Assembly (NCBI GenBank): GCA_964423205.1
Contig: CAYRDX010000009.1
Span: 6,535 to 70,534 of the forward strand
From: an uncultured Saprospiraceae bacterium
Lineage (GTDB): Bacteria > Bacteroidota > Bacteroidia > Chitinophagales > Saprospiraceae
Reading direction: 5' to 3'
DNA length: 64,000 bases
Position numbers and translations under genes: made by a program. The notes under the pieces were generated by a model, which worked only from the letters and a program-made list of their open reading frames with translations, was not told the origin of the DNA and did no database searches. Numbering within the stretch: the first letter of the stretch is position 1; each line of letters opens with the position of its first letter. This document shows positions 57,079 to 64,000 of this stretch, one piece after another.

Positions 57079-57418
57079 ATTGCTGGGAATGCTGAGCCCA
57101 ATCTTTACAGGAGCAGTTTAATTTTCGATTTCGACAGCTAGTTACGAATTCTGATACCATCACCGCGACTGCCAAAGTCTCCCTTCAGTCTGATTGGCTA
57201 AACCGGATTCCCAAGAAGGGTGAAACATTTCTTCATTTCCATCTTGTACAATCCCTATGGCCAAGTTGCATCGATTTCTTTACATTTCAGTTCACGTCAT
57301 GCTATCAAGATTTTGAAGAATATTCTGATTAAAAATAATGATTTTGAAAAACGCTCATTAATTGTGTGGATATTTGTAAAATCAACTCATCTTCCAAATA
57401 ATCTCAAAATCGATAGCG

Positions 57419-57943
57419 ATGAAAATTACTAACCTTACCCTTGTTTTGCTCTTTACAACAAGCATCCTGGCAGCCCAAAAACCACCAACAGTTCTCGCAA
57501 CCAATCTCAACAGTTCGAAGAGTAATGTCTATCGGTTAATTTATCCGGGCCATTTCTTCAGTAGTGAAAAGGCATTGGCTTTTTTACATGAATTGGAAAA
57601 CGCTCAGCTTTCAAACCAGCGCACAGCAAAAGGCTGGATAGCACAAAACATGAAGCGTTATGCAAAACAGCAAGATGTGGCTGTTCAAGTCAGTTTTTTT
57701 ACCGAAAGGCAATACAAAGACTGCTCAAATTGCAAAAAATACTGCAAGGGACGTTGTGTTCAGGACCCGGGAGCCGATTGTGTGTGTATCTCGCACTCGG
57801 AACCCAATCTCAGGACAGTCGGAGGTTCGGGCGATTTTATTACGGTCATTCTCCTTTCTGAAAAGATCCTCGACGAACAAACTTCCCTAGCCCAAGTAGA
57901 AGCATACATTGTAAACAGGAAGCCGGTTATTAGGACGAATTGA
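57419..57943 (+). CDS. hypothetical secreted protein with a Cys-rich segment
   Basis: Signal peptide MKITNLTLVLLFTTSILAAQ and CSNCKKYCKGRCVQDPGADCVC. I recognise no family. Confidence 0.5.
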   Translation: MKITNLTLVLLFTTSILAAQKPPTVLATNLNSSKSNVYRLIYPGHFFSSEKALAFLHELENAQLSNQRTAKGWIAQNMKRYAKQQDVAVQVSFFTERQYKDCSNCKKYCKGRCVQDPGADCVCISHSEPNLRTVGGSGDFITVILLSEKILDEQTSLAQVEAYIVNRKPVIRTN

Positions 57944-57996
57944 ATTGGGGATTCGGAATTCAAGAATCAACAAAATCACATTCACTGAATTGGGAT

Positions 57997-59025
57997 TCAA
58001 CTTACCCGCAGCACCTTCGCCCCCCTGATTTTCTGCTGCTTCAACTCATGCAAAGCAATGTTGGCTTCCTCCAACGGATATTCCTGGTATTCCGGATGAA
58101 TGGGGATTTCAGCAGCCAACAGTAATAATTCACGTACATCGGCGCGTGTGACGTTGGCCACGCTTTTGATTTCCTTTTCCAGCCACAGGTGGGTAGGGTA
58201 GTCCATTTCCTGCAGATAATCTTTGTCGTGGTTTTCCTTGCGGATGGCATTGATGACGAGGCGACCACCTGGTTTCAAATGGCGCAATGCCTCAACAATA
58301 GGTTTCCAGACCGGTGTGGTGTCGATTATGGCATCCAGGCCCTCCGGAGGCGTATCCCTCGTATCGCCGGCCCAGGCTGCCCCGAGCTCGATGGCAAATT
58401 TGCGCTCACTTTCACTGCGGGCGAAAACGAAAACTTTTGATTCCGGATAGCGGTGTTTCACCATCTTGAGCACGAGATGGGCAGATGCTCCAAAGCCTGT
58501 CAGTCCAAGTGTTTGACTATTCTGGAGCTGCGAAAGACGCAAAGAACGGTAACCAATGGCTCCGGCACAGAGCAGTGGTGCAGCTTCGGCGTCTTTGAAA
58601 GTTATGGGAATATGAAAGGCAAAGTCTTCGTGAACGCACATGTACTCGGCATAACCTCCCGGGGCATCACGTCCGGTTGCTCTGAAGTGTGCACAAAGGT
58701 TTTCCTCACCTTTGAGGCAGTGTTCGCATAGTCCGCAGGCCGAAAAAATCCACGCCACCCCTACGCGATCACCGATATTGACCTTCGAAACATTATTTCC
58801 GGTTTTTTCCACGATTCCAACTATCTGATGCCCCAACACCATTGGGAAACGGCTAGGTGGAGTCCGGCCCTCGATTTCGTCAAGTTCGGTGTGGCAGATG
58901 CCGCAAACACTGACTTTTAGCTTTACTTCCCAGGGTTTTGGTTCAGGTTCAGGAATATTTGCCAAAATCAGTGGATTTGATTGCTCAGATAATGATGAGC
59001 AACGCTCAAGCAATAAGGCTTTCAT
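57997..59025 (-). CDS. zinc-dependent alcohol dehydrogenase family protein
   Basis: CGICHTELD, GHQIVGIV, structural-zinc CGLCEHCLKGEENLC and GLTGFGASAH. Confidence 0.85.
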   Translation of the reverse strand: MKALLLERCSSLSEQSNPLILANIPEPEPKPWEVKLKVSVCGICHTELDEIEGRTPPSRFPMVLGHQIVGIVEKTGNNVSKVNIGDRVGVAWIFSACGLCEHCLKGEENLCAHFRATGRDAPGGYAEYMCVHEDFAFHIPITFKDAEAAPLLCAGAIGYRSLRLSQLQNSQTLGLTGFGASAHLVLKMVKHRYPESKVFVFARSESERKFAIELGAAWAGDTRDTPPEGLDAIIDTTPVWKPIVEALRHLKPGGRLVINAIRKENHDKDYLQEMDYPTHLWLEKEIKSVANVTRADVRELLLLAAEIPIHPEYQEYPLEEANIALHELKQQKIRGAKVLRVS

Positions 59026-59143
59026 GGACTACTTTTTAGGATGCTGAAGTTAGCCATTTGAGTTTTTGAATCCAAACCCGACATACGATAAAAAACCTTA
59101 CTTTGGCGTGCTCACATACACCCTTTCACAAAATCCTGCAGAC

Positions 59144-59629
59144 ATGGAATCCAATTTTCTGAAAAGTGCCCTTCGCGAATTCAACCATTGCAAATCACTG
59201 GGCGAAAAGGCCATAGCCCAAATTCCTGATGACAAGCTGTTCTGGCAGCACAATGAAGAGACCAACAGTGTGGCCATCATAGTGAAACACCTTTGGGGAA
59301 ACATGATGTCCCGTTGGACTGATTTCCTGAAAAGCGACGGAGAAAAACAATGGCGGATGCGGAATGCCGAATTTGAGAACGATTTCAATTTACGGCAGCA
59401 AATAATGCAAAAATGGAACGAAGGTTGGGTCTGTGTTTTTGCTGCTTTGGCACCACTTAGTGAAGAGGATTTGAATAGAATCGTTTACATCCGGGGTGAA
59501 GCACATACCGTCTTGGAAGCCATCAACCGGCAGGTGGCCCATTATGCCAGTCATGTCGGACAAATCATCTTTATAGCCAAAATGTTTGCCCCGGAGTGGC
59601 AGACCTTGAGTATTCCCCGTAAAAAGTAA
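59144..59629 (+). CDS. DinB-like / DUF1572 family protein
   Basis: Its size (about 160 aa from ATG 59144) and helical His-containing pattern (VKHLWGNM, QVAHYASHVGQI) fit DinB-fold proteins. Confidence 0.6.
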   Translation: MESNFLKSALREFNHCKSLGEKAIAQIPDDKLFWQHNEETNSVAIIVKHLWGNMMSRWTDFLKSDGEKQWRMRNAEFENDFNLRQQIMQKWNEGWVCVFAALAPLSEEDLNRIVYIRGEAHTVLEAINRQVAHYASHVGQIIFIAKMFAPEWQTLSIPRKK

Positions 59630-59644
59630 GAGTTTCAAATTAAA

Positions 59645-59675
59645 GTAACCGGGCGACTCGAAGTCACCCGGTTAC
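59645..59675. terminator. hairpin between convergent genes (putative bidirectional terminator)
   Basis: gtaaccgggcgac tcgaa gtcacccggttac forms a 13-bp stem with one mismatch. It lies between the stops at 59629 (+) and 59688 (-). Confidence 0.55.
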
Positions 59676-59687
59676 TAACTACATACC

Positions 59688-62447
59688 TTAAGGCCTTCCA
59701 ATCTTGGCAAAGTCACCCGCTTTGATGTAAAGTAGTTTGTCTGGGTGCACGTACTTTTTCATAGCGGCATTGATTTGTTGAGGAGTCAGTGCCTTCAGCT
59801 TTTCTTCCAATTGAGCATCCCAGTTCAGGGTGCGTTTCAGGTCGAGATAGCTGTTCAATGTGCCTGACAAAGAGCGGTCGTCGGCACGGCTAAGGCCGCG
59901 GTTTTGGATGTAGCCGGTTTTGGCAGCCTCAATTTCTTCGGCAGTGAAACCTTCTGTCAGCATTTTGTTCAGTTCGTCCTTAAAAGCTGCTTCCAGTTTG
60001 TCTCTGTTCTCAGGTGCATAGATGGCGAAAGCCGCAAAAACACCTCTTTTATCAGTTGAACTTGCACTAAACTGGGAGCCCACGCCATAACTCAGCCCTT
60101 CCTTCTGACGTATGCGCACGGCGAGGCGGGAGTTCAGGAATCCTCCACCCAGCATGTAATTTCCGAGCAACATGGCGGGATATTCCGGATCGCTATCGTT
60201 GATGAGCAAAGGCATACCCGCGATGAACATAGCATTGGCTTTATCTGGTGTTTCCAATGAGATGCCCTCAGCTTTTATTTCTTTGTAAGGATTTGGCACA
60301 CGTGTATATCCGCTTTGGCTTTTCCAGCCGCTGAATTCTTTCAGCACGGTTTTCTGAACCGCCTCCTGGTCAAAATCACCCACCACGGATACCGTCGCAT
60401 CACTGGTGCCATAGAAATTCTTGTAAAATGCCTTTACGTCCTCCAATTTCAAAGCTTTGATAGCCGCAACTTCTTCATCAAAAGTAGGAGTGTAGCGGAT
60501 ATCATCGGCGGGATAAGGACTGAGTGCGCGGCTGAATGTGAGACTGGCAATTGCTGTCGGTTCACTTCGTTGCGCCTCGATGCCTGCCAGTTGTTCTTCT
60601 TTGAGCTTTTCGAATTCTTCTGCACGGAATGCAGGATTTTTGAGTATATGGCTCACCAGTCCAATGACTTCGGTCAGGTTGCCATACTCAGCTTCAATAT
60701 TCACGTTTAGAGTGCTACCAGAGCCAAAAAAGCTCACCCTGGCTTTCAGTTTGTCGAGTTCATCCTGAATCTGCTGCCGTGTTTTGTCTGTTGTGCCTTT
60801 GTCCATCATGGCTGCTGCAAAACGGCTGGCCATGGCTTTTCCTTTCAGGCTTTTTACGTCGCCAAAACGCAGCGTCATGCGGGCTGATACGGCATCGCCT
60901 CTGGTTTCTTTAGGCAAAAAGGCGAATTCAATAGACTTATCGGATGCCGCACCACGCGTGGTGCGCTGTTCGATGTTGGCAGGTGACGGGTCAAAGTCCT
61001 CACCCTGGGCAATGGCTTCTTTGCCTTTGTAGTTGGCCAGAAGTGTTGTGATGTCCGGAGCATCGGGGATGTCAGAACGGTCCGGTGACTTGTCGGGGAT
61101 AAATTGACCAATAGTTCTGTTGGAGGGCTTGAAGTATTTTTTTGCTACCGCAATGATGTCTTCTGCTCCCACCTTTTCGATGTTATCCCTGAACAGAAAA
61201 GCCAGACGCCAGTCGCCTTGGGCAATGTATTCACTGGCGTTCAGGCCCACGGAGGCACTGTTGCGGAAGCCGAGTTCCCAGTTTTTCAGTAAACGCTGTT
61301 TGGCGCGGCCAATCTCCTCGGCATTTGGTGGGTTGGTGCTCAGTTCGTCTAAGGTACTCAGCAGAATGGTTTTGGCTTCGTCCAGACTGTTTTCCAAACG
61401 CACATCGGCATTGATGTAAATAAATCCACCTTCTTTCAAGCCGGGGGCAAATGCCCATACTGAAGAAGCTTTTTTACTTTCTACCAACGCTTTATACAAA
61501 CGTCCGGAAGGCTCATTGGTCAATATTTCATCAATTACTGCGATAGCCGCATATTCGGGGTGAGAACCCGGAGGGGTGTGGTACATGCAGGAAACGGCCT
61601 GCACATCGCCTGTGCGGCGAAGGGTAACCTGGCGCTCGCCATCCTGGGTGGGTTCTTTGGTATAGGTCGGAATGAGTTGGCGTTCGGGTTTCGGTATCCG
61701 TCCGAAGTATTCCTTTATCCATTCCAGTGTGCGGGATTCATCAATTTTACCTGCAACTACCAACACAGCATTATCGGGCTGATAAAAGCGTCTGTAGAAT
61801 GCCTGAAGTCTCTCAATGGGTACATTCTCCAGGTCGGAACGGGCGCCAATGGTGCTTTTGCCGTAGTTGTGCCACAAATAACCGGTGGATAAGACCCGTT
61901 GCATGAGGATGCCGGCTGGGTTGTTTTCACCCATTTCAAATTCATTGCGCACGACCGTCATTTCGCTGTCGAGGTCTTTTTTGGCGATAAATGAATTCAC
62001 CATGCGGTCACTTTCCATATCGAGGGCCCATTTCAGGTTGTCTTCGGTGGCATTGAAGGTTTCAAAATAGTTCGTGCGGTCATACCAAGTGGTGCCGTTT
62101 GGACGTGCGCCGCGTTCGGTCAGCTCCTGCGGGATATTCGGGTGATTGGGAGTTCCTTTGAAAACGAGGTGCTCCAGCAGGTGAGCCATTCCGGTTTCAC
62201 CATATCCTTCGTGGCGGCTGCCAACTAAGTAGGTGACATTTACAGTAATCGTCGGTTTGCTCGCATCGGGAAAGAGCAAAATTTTCAGGCCATTGCTTTT
62301 CAGGTGGTACTCCGTGATGCCTTCCACAGAGGTTACTTTTTCGATGCCTTCCGGCAATTTCACCTGCTTCTGTGCTATGGCCCATTGGGCTACAAACAGC
62401 AAAAGCAATAGTGGATAAAGTTTTGAAAGGGAAAATTTCAATGACAT
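59688..62447 (-). CDS. M16 family (insulinase/pitrilysin-like) tandem-domain zinc peptidase, secreted
   Basis: HLLEHLVFKGT (HxxEH) and a duplicated M16 architecture over about 920 aa. ATG 62447 gives the signal peptide MSLKFSLSKLYPLLLLLFVAQWAIAQ. Confidence 0.85.
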   Translation of the reverse strand: MSLKFSLSKLYPLLLLLFVAQWAIAQKQVKLPEGIEKVTSVEGITEYHLKSNGLKILLFPDASKPTITVNVTYLVGSRHEGYGETGMAHLLEHLVFKGTPNHPNIPQELTERGARPNGTTWYDRTNYFETFNATEDNLKWALDMESDRMVNSFIAKKDLDSEMTVVRNEFEMGENNPAGILMQRVLSTGYLWHNYGKSTIGARSDLENVPIERLQAFYRRFYQPDNAVLVVAGKIDESRTLEWIKEYFGRIPKPERQLIPTYTKEPTQDGERQVTLRRTGDVQAVSCMYHTPPGSHPEYAAIAVIDEILTNEPSGRLYKALVESKKASSVWAFAPGLKEGGFIYINADVRLENSLDEAKTILLSTLDELSTNPPNAEEIGRAKQRLLKNWELGFRNSASVGLNASEYIAQGDWRLAFLFRDNIEKVGAEDIIAVAKKYFKPSNRTIGQFIPDKSPDRSDIPDAPDITTLLANYKGKEAIAQGEDFDPSPANIEQRTTRGAASDKSIEFAFLPKETRGDAVSARMTLRFGDVKSLKGKAMASRFAAAMMDKGTTDKTRQQIQDELDKLKARVSFFGSGSTLNVNIEAEYGNLTEVIGLVSHILKNPAFRAEEFEKLKEEQLAGIEAQRSEPTAIASLTFSRALSPYPADDIRYTPTFDEEVAAIKALKLEDVKAFYKNFYGTSDATVSVVGDFDQEAVQKTVLKEFSGWKSQSGYTRVPNPYKEIKAEGISLETPDKANAMFIAGMPLLINDSDPEYPAMLLGNYMLGGGFLNSRLAVRIRQKEGLSYGVGSQFSASSTDKRGVFAAFAIYAPENRDKLEAAFKDELNKMLTEGFTAEEIEAAKTGYIQNRGLSRADDRSLSGTLNSYLDLKRTLNWDAQLEEKLKALTPQQINAAMKKYVHPDKLLYIKAGDFAKIGRP

Positions 62448-62567
62448 AATAGTAATGATTAAGTGAAAGAGGTAGCGTCTATTTGAAAATGTTTCCAAAA
62501 GTAAGAAAATACATTTACCGTCGGTAAATATAATTTGATTGGCAGTCCGGCTTTGGACAAATTGCTG

Positions 62568-64000
62568 CTATTTATAGCCTAATTGCGACTTTAAGGCTTG
62601 GTATGTTGCATTGTTAGGGTTGAGTTTCAAAAGTTTTTCGCTTACTTTTCGAGCCTCCGAATTTCTGTTGTTTTGAGCCAACAAAACGGCAAGAGCATAT
62701 AAATTCACCTCGGAGTTGGGGTCTATGAGCAAGGCATTCTTATATGTTGATTCCGCTTCTTTTACCTTTCCCATTTTTTGCAAAACCAATCCCCAGTTGT
62801 AGTAGTGACGCGGATTTTTTGAAATAATCGCCGCCTTTTCCAGGTTTTTTGCTGCCTCCGGCAATTTATTGCGTTCGGCAAGTAACAATCCCAACCAGAA
62901 ATAAGCATCCCCGTATTGGGGCTGCAATTCAATCACCTTTTCAAAACCCTTTTCTGCAGCGTCCAATTGCCCGGAATTGTAACGCAGGTTTGCTAACAGC
63001 AGGTGCCCCTGCGCCAGATAGGGGTCTTGTCGCAGAGCTTCCAGAAATGCCTTTTCAGCCGCCTGCGTATTGCCTTTTTTGAGAAAATACTGCCCTTTCA
63101 GCAATTGACCCGTCGGAAAATCGGCCTGCATTTTCAATACCGTTTCAAACTCTTTGGAAGCAGACTGGAAAGCCTTTTTCTCCTTTTCCGGTAGAGCAGT
63201 CAGCGGCATATCAGCAAGCATGTAAGCAGCCTGAGCTCTGACGGACCGCACCGAATCCGACAGCATGGGAATAAGATGCTGCTGCCTTTCCTGCAAGGAG
63301 AAATTGCCCATGGAATTGACGGCGTAATACCGCACAACCGGACTTTTGCTTCGCAATGCTTCCAGTATCCTTTGATGCGTCAAGGGCGAGGGAATGTCAC
63401 CAAAAATATTCATAATCGTAGCCTGCACAATTTCAGGCTGTGCCGTATCACCTATCATAGAGGCCAGTTTAGGCAAAGCCGACATATCGCCGGAACGCAT
63501 CGCCACCAGTGCATCTGAAAAATGGGGCTTGCGCTGCGGGCCGTACCATTTTCGCACAGCCTCTGCCGACCATTTGTAAGATTTGTCCGTATGGCAATCG
63601 TTGCAGGCATTAGTCGTCCCGTATTTTTCGCTTTGGTCGGGTCGTGGCACCCGGAAACTGTGGTCTCTTCGGAAATCATTGCCCATGTACACACGGCCCG
63701 GCATATGGCAATTCACGCAAAGCCCGCCTTCTTTGTCCATTTTATGAAATGTGTGCAATGAGGTATCGTACTTTTTGGGGTCGTGGCAGGACTGGCATAA
63801 GCCATTGCCATCGACGCGTAACTTCATGCTGTGTGCATTGTGGCATTGGGTGCACATCACGCCATTGCGGTACATTTTGCTCTGCAAAAAAGATGAATAA
63901 TCGAAAACCTCACCCAGTATCTGACCGTCGGCCTGATACAATTCCGGTCTTAGAATTTCCGGCACATAGTGGTCCATGAACACTCCGCTGTGGTCGTAAA
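62568..64000 (-). CDS. multihaem c-type cytochrome domain fused to HEAT-like and TPR repeats; the 5' end lies beyond the right edge
   Basis: The frame stays open upstream of the track start (…FTTTAE precedes VFMDHY). Four CxxCH motifs lie in the window (CTQCH, CQSCH, CVNCH, CNDCH). They are followed by HEAT-like (SPVVRYYAVNSM) and multiple TPR repeats. Confidence 0.7.
   Translation of the reverse strand, partial: YDHSGVFMDHYVPEILRPELYQADGQILGEVFDYSSFLQSKMYRNGVMCTQCHNAHSMKLRVDGNGLCQSCHDPKKYDTSLHTFHKMDKEGGLCVNCHMPGRVYMGNDFRRDHSFRVPRPDQSEKYGTTNACNDCHTDKSYKWSAEAVRKWYGPQRKPHFSDALVAMRSGDMSALPKLASMIGDTAQPEIVQATIMNIFGDIPSPLTHQRILEALRSKSPVVRYYAVNSMGNFSLQERQQHLIPMLSDSVRSVRAQAAYMLADMPLTALPEKEKKAFQSASKEFETVLKMQADFPTGQLLKGQYFLKKGNTQAAEKAFLEALRQDPYLAQGHLLLANLRYNSGQLDAAEKGFEKVIELQPQYGDAYFWLGLLLAERNKLPEAAKNLEKAAIISKNPRHYYNWGLVLQKMGKVKEAESTYKNALLIDPNSEVNLYALAVLLAQNNRNSEARKVSEKLLKLNPNNATYQALKSQLGYK

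Noticed and set aside
57220-57432. 70-aa ORF upstream of the secreted hypothetical protein
   Set aside because: It lies in an AT-rich region, has an Ile/Lys/Asn-rich composition typical of non-coding AT-rich sequence, and overlaps the next gene's start.

Overview
This 64-kb window looks like a chromosomal segment from a Bacteroidota genome, possibly Saprospiraceae-like. That placement is inferred from a T9SS C-terminal sorting domain, almost no Shine-Dalgarno sequences, TAnnTTTG-like promoter boxes, and intergenic spaces filled with 7-8 nt word repeats. I support about 50 protein genes. Housekeeping genes include dapD, deoC, dnaB, a DEAD-box helicase, an RluB-like pseudouridine synthase, PPK2 and a Na/Pi cotransporter. 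There are many peptidases (M42, M28, two M14-type, S9, M16, HtrA). A tRNA-Val(GAC)/tRNA-Pro(GGG) pair is followed by a clean terminator. There is a ROK kinase-MFS-SIS sugar operon and an hsp20-htrA stress pair. A xylan-degradation locus (GH10, GPH symporter, two GH43, lactonase, GH30) has no SusC/SusD genes. The most unusual content is an orphan three-gene module at 27.9-38.9 kb. It consists of a long acyl-CoA dehydrogenase, a 2688-aa PfaA/HglE-like megasynthase (KS-AT-second KS-like domain-ACP-ACP-KR-DH) and an Sfp-type PPTase. Both tandem carrier domains read LGIDTVKQ, so Thr sits where the phosphopantetheinylated Ser of the DSL motif should be. A second notable structure is a pair of nearly identical 182-bp MITE-like elements in inverted orientation that bracket the GH10-symporter-GH43 cassette. 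Other observations: a 16-bp perfect palindrome (CCCCGAGTACTCGGGG) upstream of two unrelated genes; heptamer tandem arrays; CTCYGTG-type dispersed repeats; an AT-rich islet with an Mrr_N-HNH nuclease plus decayed ORFs; a truncated restriction-modification methyltransferase N-terminus; and a canonical strong SD in front of hsp20. All calls come from reading the sequence and the ORF track. No database search was run.
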